Positions 1 through 8,128 of a stretch of 64,000 bases of DNA are shown here, in pieces. The notes below the pieces were generated by a model, which searched no databases, was not told the origin of the DNA, and was given only the letters and a program-made list of their open reading frames with translations. The stretch comes from a virus. A program made the position numbers and the translations under genes. How positions within the stretch are numbered: the stretch's first letter is position 1; each line of letters opens with the position of its first letter. The DNA is taken from positions 64,001-128,000 of the IMG/VR virus record IMGVR_UViG_3300047557_004034; one strand, 5' to 3'.

Positions 1-2020
1 CACTTGTTACATATTCAGAACCAATGGTCACAACAGTAGCACCTGAGTCCATATGGAAACCTTTAGTAAGGTAGTTCCAAGGTTCAGAGTCTGTTGCTAC
101 ACCCCAAGTTGCTGCTGAAGGATTTCTTTTACCTTTATATTGTAAGAAAGATAAATCAGTCCCTATTCTTGTTGAAAAACCTAAGTAAGTTCTTCTAACA
201 TTATCACCGGCAGATTCATCTATTGAAGCACCCGCTGCGGAGATACCGAATGGAGGATTATAAATTACTTCACCAGGGAAATTGTATTGTGTTTTGTAGA
301 TTGGGACAGGAGAAGGGTTTGCAATTGTATCATAAACTCTTTGGTCGTAACCATAGAATCCACAAGGTAATGCATCTATTGGAGCTTCGTTAGAAAGTTC
401 AACCATTATGTTTGTTGATACTAATGGATATTCACCATCGAAAGAACCTATCTTTTTACCAATGAAGCTGTTAGAAGCTGGGTCCATTGTACAGTTAGTG
501 AATTTTTCAATCACTACCGGATTTTGGTCAGTATCAAAGAAGTCTCTCACCAATACATCAAAAGATAGATTTGAGAAAGAAATGTTCGCAATAGAAACCT
601 TTATTTGTGTGTTTGCATCAGAACCATCTGAAATAGAATGGAATCTAAATAACTTATAAACTTTATTACCTCTAAGTTCGGAAACTAAGAATGGGGTAAG
701 AGGAGTTTGATATTTTTCTAAATTCCATGCAATAGAATCAGAATTATAAGAAACTGCGGCAGGGAGAGCAACCATATTACAATCCAAACCTCTGATGTAA
801 CCTTTATCATATAGTTCATTAAGTTCCACAGGATAGATTTCTTCAACAAAGATAGGAACTTCATTTCTATTTTTATCAAAGTTAGAAACACCCAAAACTT
901 TAGTTAGGTACCTACTATCACTTATGGAGAATGAAGATTGGAAACTGAAGTTGTCGCCATCTGCTGTTACACCTGATAACAAGAAAGTTCCGAAAGGATT
1001 TTCACTAACTCCTGAGTAAGAACCTGTACAATCCATGATTAAATCTGTTGTACCTGTAACCTGATACTGAGGACCATGTAGTGTTGTAGAATAACTACTT
1101 ATTCCTCTAGAACGTAAAGTTGCTAATACTAGATTATTGTATTCAGAATATGCTGTACCTGAGTAAGAATATACGTTACCTGAAATAGTACCAGTAAAGT
1201 TTCCACCACCGCTATTCGTTAAAGAACTAACCACATAATTAAAAGAAAAACCTGAGTATTGATTACCTGAATAGTTTGAAAAATTCGAATAGTACCAAGG
1301 GTAGTTATCTCCATCGCTCAAAACATTTGATGAAAAATTCAAAGAATTTACACCAAATACGTTTGTGATTGCTGAGTAAGATGCCGAAAGAGCAGTGTAG
1401 TCAGCTCCGATAATCGAACCATAAACTATTGCAGTTGAGGCAGAAGAAGATGGTGTGTCCAATATTTGACCCAAATAAACTTGAAAATCATTATTAAAAG
1501 TTGAAGTCGAACCATCAGATAATCTATACTGAGAATTTAACAAAGCATTTACAGTAGCAGGTAGTGAGCCTGTTAAAGTAATTGTATTACCCGTTGAGTT
1601 ACCCGAGAAGTTACAAGTCCAAGGAGTACCTGAACCCTCAGACAAACCAATTGTTGAAGTATTAACGTTTGCCTTCGCCAATATAGTCCATGAAGGTCCT
1701 GCATCATAACCTGAAAGACCTAAAATTCTTGTTACGAAAAGTTGGTTAGATTGTTGTAGATATGATTTAGCAATATATGCTGCTTCATATTTTGGGATTT
1801 GTGTACCCTGAAATTTTGTAGGTTCTGTCCCTCCAAAAAAAGATTGAAATTCATCGTAGTTTGTTATGAAAATAGGTTCGAAAGCGGGACCTCTAAGAGT
1901 CTCACCAACCAAACCCAACGTCGTAACACCTACACTCTGCGCCACAAAAGACAAGTCAGTTTCTGAGGTATAAACACCTGGAGAAACGAACACTTTCTGA
2001 TTTACTTGAGCTGTTGCCAT
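1..2020 (-). CDS. Tail sheath protein (T4 gp18-like), 3' end beyond window; absent from ORF track
   Basis: Manual translation from ATG at 2020 gives MATAQVNQKVFVSPGVYTSETDLSFVAQSVGVTTLGLVGETLRGPAFEPIFITNYDEFQSFFG. The SPGVY..E.D.S / G...GP...P..I....EF...FG N-terminus is typical of contractile sheath proteins. Frame is open to the window edge. Confidence 0.92.
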   Translation of the reverse strand, partial: MATAQVNQKVFVSPGVYTSETDLSFVAQSVGVTTLGLVGETLRGPAFEPIFITNYDEFQSFFGGTEPTKFQGTQIPKYEAAYIAKSYLQQSNQLFVTRILGLSGYDAGPSWTILAKANVNTSTIGLSEGSGTPWTCNFSGNSTGNTITLTGSLPATVNALLNSQYRLSDGSTSTFNNDFQVYLGQILDTPSSSASTAIVYGSIIGADYTALSASYSAITNVFGVNSLNFSSNVLSDGDNYPWYYSNFSNYSGNQYSGFSFNYVVSSLTNSGGGNFTGTISGNVYSYSGTAYSEYNNLVLATLRSRGISSYSTTLHGPQYQVTGTTDLIMDCTGSYSGVSENPFGTFLLSGVTADGDNFSFQSSFSISDSRYLTKVLGVSNFDKNRNEVPIFVEEIYPVELNELYDKGYIRGLDCNMVALPAAVSYNSDSIAWNLEKYQTPLTPFLVSELRGNKVYKLFRFHSISDGSDANTQIKVSIANISFSNLSFDVLVRDFFDTDQNPVVIEKFTNCTMDPASNSFIGKKIGSFDGEYPLVSTNIMVELSNEAPIDALPCGFYGYDQRVYDTIANPSPVPIYKTQYNFPGEVIYNPPFGISAAGASIDESAGDNVRRTYLGFSTRIGTDLSFLQYKGKRNPSAATWGVATDSEPWNYLTKGFHMDSGATVVTIGSEYVTS

Positions 2021-2140
2021 TATTTACGGTTTCTATTTAGATTTATTTTTATTCATAAATATTCAAGTAAGAATGAAAAAACTTTACTTTTTCAAATCTA
2101 TTTATAAACAGGAAGAAACTATTCTACCTTTTTTATCTTT

Positions 2141-2308
2141 ATGGGAGGATTATACGATAACGAAATAAAAAACATTAAAATATCAAAAGAAGTACACGAT
2201 ATTCTAAAAAAGTATTGTGACAAAAAAGGAATTAAAATATACAAATTCTTAGAGACCTTGATATTAGAAAAGTGTAAAGAGAAAAAAGATATATACGGAG
2301 AGGATTAA
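2141..2308 (+). CDS. Small ribbon-helix-helix DNA-binding protein, 55 aa; absent from ORF track
   Basis: MGGLYDNEIKNIKISKEVHDILKKYCDKKGIKIYKFLETLILEKCKEKKDIYGED*. Alternating strand KNIKIS, helix, G turn, helix fits the RHH pattern. Confidence 0.7.
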   Translation: MGGLYDNEIKNIKISKEVHDILKKYCDKKGIKIYKFLETLILEKCKEKKDIYGED

Positions 2309-3348
2309 ACCAATCTGTTAGCTATTTGCATAATTGAATTTCGTGAGTTGTCGTCTTTAGTGACTTCCACTCTCAAAATATCATTTGTATCTAAAAATAT
2401 TTCCGAAACATCAGAACCGAAATATTGGTTGTTGATAAAAATATCATAAGATGAAATGTTTGTAGTGTTAGTAATTGTGACATTAACACGATTATCAATT
2501 ATTTCACTAAGAACTGTGGTGCCTGATACAAATAAAAATTCATTAACAAATGTACTGGTGTTAGGTGGTTCAGATTTTCTTTTCCTTCCAATTGAAGGTC
2601 CATCCGAAACTTCCATCATGGTAAGCACTCTCGAAATTGCTGGCTTAACTTCAAACTCATCTTCGTCAATCAAATACCCTAACATTGTGAAGTCATAGTT
2701 TTGAACATAATATTTTCTTTTATCTAAGTCACTCACACTTTCATCGCTTACATTATTCATTATGATAGGAACATATTGACCTTTGATAAAAGTATATGCT
2801 TGACGAGAAGAAAATTTTTGTAATACAATTTTGTTAAACTCATTGAGTTCTCTCATTCTATTACAAACAATCCTAACATTGAAAGTCATATCTACTGGAA
2901 CAGGTTGTGGTATTTTATATATGTCCATACCTTCCTGATTTCCATTCCATGTTGGTACCGATGCATAATAGAATTCTTTTCTATTTGGAATTGTATATTG
3001 TAGAGAAGGGTTTGTTCCATATTTCACATCTGGATTCCTCACAACCGTTATGAACGGGGGTTTTACATTAAAGTCTTGGTCAACAAAATTCCAAGTCTCT
3101 GTGAACTGAGTCCAATTCTGAGTCGTAATTATTATATCGATTAGAGGAACTAATTTACCCGCAGTTACTAAACGTAAATCTTCTTTAACAAAATCTAACA
3201 TACCTCTATCTAAATCTGAGTGTAGAACTGATTTAGGTAAGTAAGTACCATCCTTGTTTATATATTCAAGAAGTTGTTGCCTTCTCGCATACAAGGTTTT
3301 TTTTGGTTCTAAAGGTAAAGATTTTATGACTTTTTTCGGATAACCCAT
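2305..3348 (-). CDS. Tail completion/sheath-stabilizer-like neck protein (T4 gp15-like)
   Basis: PVPVDMTFNVRIVC..MRELNEF..IVLQKF and YDFTMLGYL patterns; lies upstream of the sheath gene. Likely start is MGYPKK at 3348. Confidence 0.6.
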   Translation of the reverse strand: MGYPKKVIKSLPLEPKKTLYARRQQLLEYINKDGTYLPKSVLHSDLDRGMLDFVKEDLRLVTAGKLVPLIDIIITTQNWTQFTETWNFVDQDFNVKPPFITVVRNPDVKYGTNPSLQYTIPNRKEFYYASVPTWNGNQEGMDIYKIPQPVPVDMTFNVRIVCNRMRELNEFNKIVLQKFSSRQAYTFIKGQYVPIIMNNVSDESVSDLDKRKYYVQNYDFTMLGYLIDEDEFEVKPAISRVLTMMEVSDGPSIGRKRKSEPPNTSTFVNEFLFVSGTTVLSEIIDNRVNVTITNTTNISSYDIFINNQYFGSDVSEIFLDTNDILRVEVTKDDNSRNSIMQIANRLV

Positions 3349-3349
3349 A

Positions 3350-3877
3350 TTATAATTTATCACCAAATTTATTGAAAAAGAATTTAGGGATATCCGAGTG
3401 ACCCAAAGAAACCGAATATATGTCCTCCACCCCCGAATCTTTCAATTTATTTATTGCATATTTCAAAGAGGACGACCCCCATTGTCTTCCCTTTTGATAA
3501 ACTACCACCACATCTGAATTTTGAGGAATTTTTACTGATGTATACGAACCTTCTATTGAAGGGTCTATCAGTCCAACAAAGTTATAACCTTGTCCTATGG
3601 CCGGATAAGCTCTGAGACCACCCTTAGAAAACCCCGAAACAGAACTTATTTTTATCCCTTCAATTCTCCTTTTAACCTCATCAATTGTATATTGCCAAGG
3701 AATAAAACAAAAAGGTTTGTTTCTTAATAAAGATTTAGGTACTTGTTCCATCATCCAATTAGGTGTTGCGTAATAAAGCCCTCCAAAAACCAAAGCCCCT
3801 GGTTCCGACTTGAAGTCATCTGGAACTGTTACAATTATTTCGCCAACCTTTTTAATTCTATAACCTAACTGTGACAT
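3350..3877 (-). CDS. Small alpha/beta-hydrolase-fold protein
   Basis: VSGFSKGG nucleophile elbow (GxSxG), FGG near the N-terminus, GLIDP strand, C-terminal His (LGH). Confidence 0.55.
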   Translation of the reverse strand: MSQLGYRIKKVGEIIVTVPDDFKSEPGALVFGGLYYATPNWMMEQVPKSLLRNKPFCFIPWQYTIDEVKRRIEGIKISSVSGFSKGGLRAYPAIGQGYNFVGLIDPSIEGSYTSVKIPQNSDVVVVYQKGRQWGSSSLKYAINKLKDSGVEDIYSVSLGHSDIPKFFFNKFGDKL

Positions 3878-3882
3878 AACTT

Positions 3883-4398
3883 TTATATTCCTTTGAATTC
3901 ATTTTCATTTACAGGGGTTGCAGTAATCGTCCTGTAGAATGGTTTATAACCACCATAAGTATGTTTATTATCTGAAACTACCCTACCATCATCTGCAACT
4001 ACATAATATCTCACTTTTCTTTCTGTTTCATAATAAGCAAAGTAGTCACCGAAAGCGATATCCACTTGTAGAGATTCCAAGTAGTTTTGATAAATAGAAA
4101 ATCTCATATTACCAGGTTCTTCCAACTCAACTTTACTTTGACCTATTTTCTGATTTGTAGGTTGAACAATTTGAACATAACCCTTGAGTTCAATAGGAGG
4201 TAAAAACTGAATTCCATCCTCAGGTGCTTCCCCATAAACATCATCCGTTTTGGTTTTGTATCTATCAATCCTATATAAAACTACAGTAAAATTCATGTCA
4301 CCCTCTAGCCACTCTTGACCCATTTCAATGTCTAAGGCATAATCCTCAGCGCCGAAAAACTTACCAAGTCTTGTTATAGGGACTAATTTTTGTTCCAT
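3883..4398 (-). CDS. Head closure/neck protein (T4 gp14-like)
   Basis: TDDVYGEA...FLPPIELKGYV...GDYFAY...YYVV pattern; neck-gene context; TATTTAT upstream. Confidence 0.6.
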   Translation of the reverse strand: MEQKLVPITRLGKFFGAEDYALDIEMGQEWLEGDMNFTVVLYRIDRYKTKTDDVYGEAPEDGIQFLPPIELKGYVQIVQPTNQKIGQSKVELEEPGNMRFSIYQNYLESLQVDIAFGDYFAYYETERKVRYYVVADDGRVVSDNKHTYGGYKPFYRTITATPVNENEFKGI

Positions 4399-4403
4399 AG
4401 TTA

Positions 4404-4434
4404 TTTGATAAATACTTAATTCTTGTTTATATTT
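4404..4434. promoter_or_regulatory. Overlapping divergent promoters: host-type (+) and TATTTAT (-)
   Basis: Plus strand TTTG(4404)-N20-TATATTTT(4428) before the SET gene; minus-strand TATTTAT (4408-4414) before the neck gene. Confidence 0.55.
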
Positions 4435-4447
4435 TATACAAAAATTA

Positions 4448-4846
4448 ATGAGAATATTTCCCCCTACGAAAATTTTTCTAGCGAAAAGCCCTATTCATGG
4501 GTATGGAATATTTGCAAACTCTTTTATAAAAAAAGACGAAATAATCGAAGAGTGTCCTATTTTAGATTTGAAAGTTCCGAAAGGTGAAAGATGTGATATA
4601 CTATCTGACTATAGATTTAATTGGCCTTACGGAACTTCTGATTGGGAAAAACAAGTAGTCGCTTGGGGATGGGGTTCATTGTATAATCATTCAGAAACCC
4701 CAAACGCATCTTGGAGGTCAAATCATGAGAGAAATACTTTCGAGTTTTATGCTCTAACTGAAATAAATCCATTTGAAGAAATACTCATATTTTACGGAGG
4801 AACTGACTATTGGTTGGATGGGAGAACACACGTTAATGTTATATGA
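4448..4846 (+). CDS. SET-domain lysine methyltransferase
   Basis: SPIHGYGIFA (motif I), LYNHSETPN (NHS motif), EEILIFYG (ELxFxY motif). Confidence 0.9.
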   Translation: MRIFPPTKIFLAKSPIHGYGIFANSFIKKDEIIEECPILDLKVPKGERCDILSDYRFNWPYGTSDWEKQVVAWGWGSLYNHSETPNASWRSNHERNTFEFYALTEINPFEEILIFYGGTDYWLDGRTHVNVI

Positions 4847-6597
4847 TGAATGAGGATACTTTAGAAAACAGAGCACTTGCAATACTTTCAGAATATGAAG
4901 GTTCAAATAATTTTATTTTAGAACTAAAAAGGAAATCTGAGATAAATAGAAGATTTTATCCTACAAGAAGTCAATCTGATTACATAATCAACAATCATAC
5001 AAAACAACCAAAGGTTGCAAAAAAGTGGGTTGTATTAGATTCTTATTTTGCTTTAAAATTTGCAAACGATTGGAATTTAATAAGAATACCTGATAAGTTT
5101 TGGATTGAAAAACTTTTAACTGAAACAGAAAAAGCGTTTCATGTGTGGGGTAAAATTGAAGAAGACGGTGAACTTCGTGATTATTGGTTACCTAAAGCAT
5201 CAATAATAAAAGACAATACTGTCAAAGACGTTGTTATTGATTACAAAAAATATAAAAAACGTCCTCCAATGGAACACCAAAAGGAGGCAATACAAAAACT
5301 CGCAGAAAATAAAAGATTTATATTGGCGGATGACATGGGATTGGGTAAGACAACCTCAACCATAATCGCGGCATTAGAAACCGGTGCAAAGAAAATTTTA
5401 ATAATTTGTCCCGCAACTTTGAAAATAAATTGGAAGAGAGAAATTGAAAACTATTCTAAAAAAAGTGTCTTTATTGCGGAAGGTAAAAACTTTGAAACAA
5501 ATCACGATTTTGTAATCATCAACTACGATATAATTAAAAACTTTCACGACCCAAAGAAAAAAGGGGAATCTAAGATATTAGAAGGAAAGTTTGATTTGGT
5601 AATAGTTGACGAAGCACATTATATCAAAAATGCTCAAGCTCAAAGAACAAAGTTAATAAATGACATTGTAAAAGATATCGAAAGGGTTTGGTTATTAACA
5701 GGAACTCCGATGACATCAAGACCTATAGATTACTTCAACTTATTGAGTTTGGTTGACTCACCTGTTGCAAAAAATTGGATGGCTTATGTTATAAGATATT
5801 GTGCGGGATATCAATTCAAAGTTGGCCCGAGAAAAGTGTGGAACGTCATGGGAGCGTCAAACTTAGAAGAATTAAGAGATAGAACAACAAACACAATATT
5901 AAGAAGACTCAAAGAAGACGTGCTCGATTTACCTGAAAAAATAATAACACCAATCTATTTGAGATTGAAATCTAAAGAATATGAAAACTTGATGGGTGAG
6001 TATTACGAATGGTATAGAAGTAAGCCCGATGAATCCAATTCTCTCACCGTTCAGTTCACAAAACTTACAAAAGTAAGACAAGTTATAGCCAATGAAAAAA
6101 CTTTACAAACTATAGAATTGGCCGAGAACATAATTGAACAAGGAAAAAAAGTAATCATTTTTTGTAATTTCACAGAATCCTTAGATTCAATAGTTCAACA
6201 CTTCGGAAAGTCTGCGGTGAAGGTTAACGGTTCTATGTCCAAAGCTGAAAGACAAAATAGTGTAGACAGATTTCAAGAAGATGAGAAAGTCAAAGTGTTT
6301 GTAGGCAACATCAAAGCGGCTGGTGTTGGTATAACTTTGACAGCAGCTGAAGCCGTTATTATGAATGATTTATCTTTCTTACCTTCCGACCACTCTCAGG
6401 CAGAAGATAGAGCTTATCGTATTGGACAAAAGAACAATGTTCTTGTTTATTACCCTCTTTTCGAAAATACAATAGAAGGTTTGATTTACGATATTTTGAT
6501 GGCAAAAAAACAAGTTATTGCCACGGTCATGGGTGATAATGTTAACAGTGCAGACTTCGTTGAAGAAATTATGAACAGAATCAACAAAGAGGCATAA
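4843..6597 (+). CDS. SNF2-family (SMARCAL1/HARP-like) SF2 helicase/translocase
   Basis: ILADDMGLGKT, VDEAH, LTGTP, LRRLK, GVGITLTAA and QAEDRAYRIGQ motifs. Confidence 0.93.
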   Translation: MMNEDTLENRALAILSEYEGSNNFILELKRKSEINRRFYPTRSQSDYIINNHTKQPKVAKKWVVLDSYFALKFANDWNLIRIPDKFWIEKLLTETEKAFHVWGKIEEDGELRDYWLPKASIIKDNTVKDVVIDYKKYKKRPPMEHQKEAIQKLAENKRFILADDMGLGKTTSTIIAALETGAKKILIICPATLKINWKREIENYSKKSVFIAEGKNFETNHDFVIINYDIIKNFHDPKKKGESKILEGKFDLVIVDEAHYIKNAQAQRTKLINDIVKDIERVWLLTGTPMTSRPIDYFNLLSLVDSPVAKNWMAYVIRYCAGYQFKVGPRKVWNVMGASNLEELRDRTTNTILRRLKEDVLDLPEKIITPIYLRLKSKEYENLMGEYYEWYRSKPDESNSLTVQFTKLTKVRQVIANEKTLQTIELAENIIEQGKKVIIFCNFTESLDSIVQHFGKSAVKVNGSMSKAERQNSVDRFQEDEKVKVFVGNIKAAGVGITLTAAEAVIMNDLSFLPSDHSQAEDRAYRIGQKNNVLVYYPLFENTIEGLIYDILMAKKQVIATVMGDNVNSADFVEEIMNRINKEA

Positions 6598-6629
6598 TAA
6601 CAATATTATCTATATAGATATTTATTGTT

Positions 6630-7751
6630 ATGTCAGTAATTGCAGAACCAGAAAGAAGTAAACTTTATACAAGAATCAAACATCTTTTAGGTGCACCGAT
6701 AAGAAGTGTAGAAGTAGAAGATGAAATGATGGATTCATTGCTTGAATTAGCAATTGGAGATTACGAACAATATATATTGGATTGGTTAATTGAATCACAA
6801 TGGGTTAACCTTGTTAATTTAGATATGAACAACCAATCAGTTGCCAACGCATTAATTACAAGAACTATGAACTTTGAACAACAGTTTCAATATTCATATT
6901 CGAAAATTGTTGGTCTTCAGACTAATGGTCCGTGGGTTCTGAAAAAAGACTATTTTACTTTAAGTGCAAATACACAAACTTATGAAATACCTGCAGGTCG
7001 TGAAGTGAATGAATTACTATGGTATAGTAATCAACCGTGGGGTCTTTTTGGATTAGCCGGTATGGGATTGGGTTTTGGATATGATGGTGCTGGTTTGGGT
7101 GCAAACCAATCGGGATATGCACAGTTTGGATACCAAGGTTCTTATTTTATGATGTCAGGATTCGACTACTTAGTTAGGGCTCAAGAAGCAAATATCTTGA
7201 ATAGAATTTTAGGTGGTAGTTTAACATACAGAATTACTGCATTACCTGATGGAAAAAAATTAGTTCATTTGATGAATACACCTAATGGTAGATTCAATTG
7301 GACAAGTTATAGTCAATACGTTGGAAAAAATGTATGGTATTGGTACTACGATACTACAGGTAAAGATAGAAACGATTGTTTGAAGGCTAACCCCGATATT
7401 ATCAAATTACCTTCAGATGTACCTATTGGAGCTTTGGAGTGGGGAGACTTGAACGACCCTGCAAGACAATGGGTCCGTAGATGGTTCACAGCATATGTAA
7501 AAGAAACATTAGCAAGAGTTAGAGGAAAATATAGTGGAAACCTAAAAACTCCAGATTCCGAAATACAAATGGATTATCAAAGTTTGTTAACGGAAGCAAA
7601 AGATGAAAAGGCTAAATTAGAAGAAGAGTTGAAACTAAGATTAGAAAGACTTAGACCGGAGAAGCAAATGGAGAAAGAAGCATTGATTGCTGAAAATTTG
7701 AACAAACAACTTAAGTTTCACGCTTTCCCTCGACAGATTTATGTAATATAA
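6630..7751 (+). CDS. Head-tail adaptor/neck protein (T4 gp13-like)
   Basis: IKHLLGAPIRSVEV..EMMD..LELAI N-terminus and WVRRWFTAYVKETLARVRGKY..L..EAKDEK..LEEEL C-terminus, typical of gp13-type neck proteins. Confidence 0.8.
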   Translation: MSVIAEPERSKLYTRIKHLLGAPIRSVEVEDEMMDSLLELAIGDYEQYILDWLIESQWVNLVNLDMNNQSVANALITRTMNFEQQFQYSYSKIVGLQTNGPWVLKKDYFTLSANTQTYEIPAGREVNELLWYSNQPWGLFGLAGMGLGFGYDGAGLGANQSGYAQFGYQGSYFMMSGFDYLVRAQEANILNRILGGSLTYRITALPDGKKLVHLMNTPNGRFNWTSYSQYVGKNVWYWYYDTTGKDRNDCLKANPDIIKLPSDVPIGALEWGDLNDPARQWVRRWFTAYVKETLARVRGKYSGNLKTPDSEIQMDYQSLLTEAKDEKAKLEEELKLRLERLRPEKQMEKEALIAENLNKQLKFHAFPRQIYVI

Positions 7752-7757
7752 TTTAGT

Positions 7758-8093
7758 ATGGCAATTATTAAAAGTATTCCCTCACAGAAACTTATCCATG
7801 GTAAGTTATTAAAAACTTCAGAAGTTTCAATTGTTTCAGAAAGTGACTATTCAACACAAGGAGAAGATTGTATTATTGTTAAAGCAATACCATTTTCAAC
7901 AATAACTTTAAATTCTCGTACAACTGACCATACGGTAGTGAAAGCACTTACAAATATTATCATCAAACCTGATGTCAATAAAATTGATGAGGAATTTGAT
8001 GAAATAGAAATGGGTAGAGGTGCGTGTGTTGAATTTAGATTTTGTGGTAACTCGTGGTATATTTTATCCTCAGACGGTTTAAAACAATCATAA
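7758..8093 (+). CDS. Small putative virion protein (beta-rich, fibre/neck-associated)
   Basis: Follows the neck gene; beta-strand pattern ending GACVEFRFCGNSWYIL resembles small fibre-type domains. Confidence 0.4.
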   Translation: MAIIKSIPSQKLIHGKLLKTSEVSIVSESDYSTQGEDCIIVKAIPFSTITLNSRTTDHTVVKALTNIIIKPDVNKIDEEFDEIEMGRGACVEFRFCGNSWYILSSDGLKQS

Positions 8094-8095
8094 AG

Positions 8096-8125
8096 AAAAA
8101 GGAATATGAAAACATATTCCTTTTT
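8096..8125. terminator. Bidirectional intrinsic terminator
   Basis: AAAAAGGAATATG-AAAA-CATATTCCTTTTT perfect hairpin between convergent genes. Confidence 0.85.
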
Positions 8126-8128
8126 AAT

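Noticed and set aside
408-659. Short plus-strand ORF and many similar 60-140 aa ORFs inside larger genes
   Set aside because: They lie antisense or out of frame within confidently assigned genes (here the tail sheath) and show no recognisable motifs.
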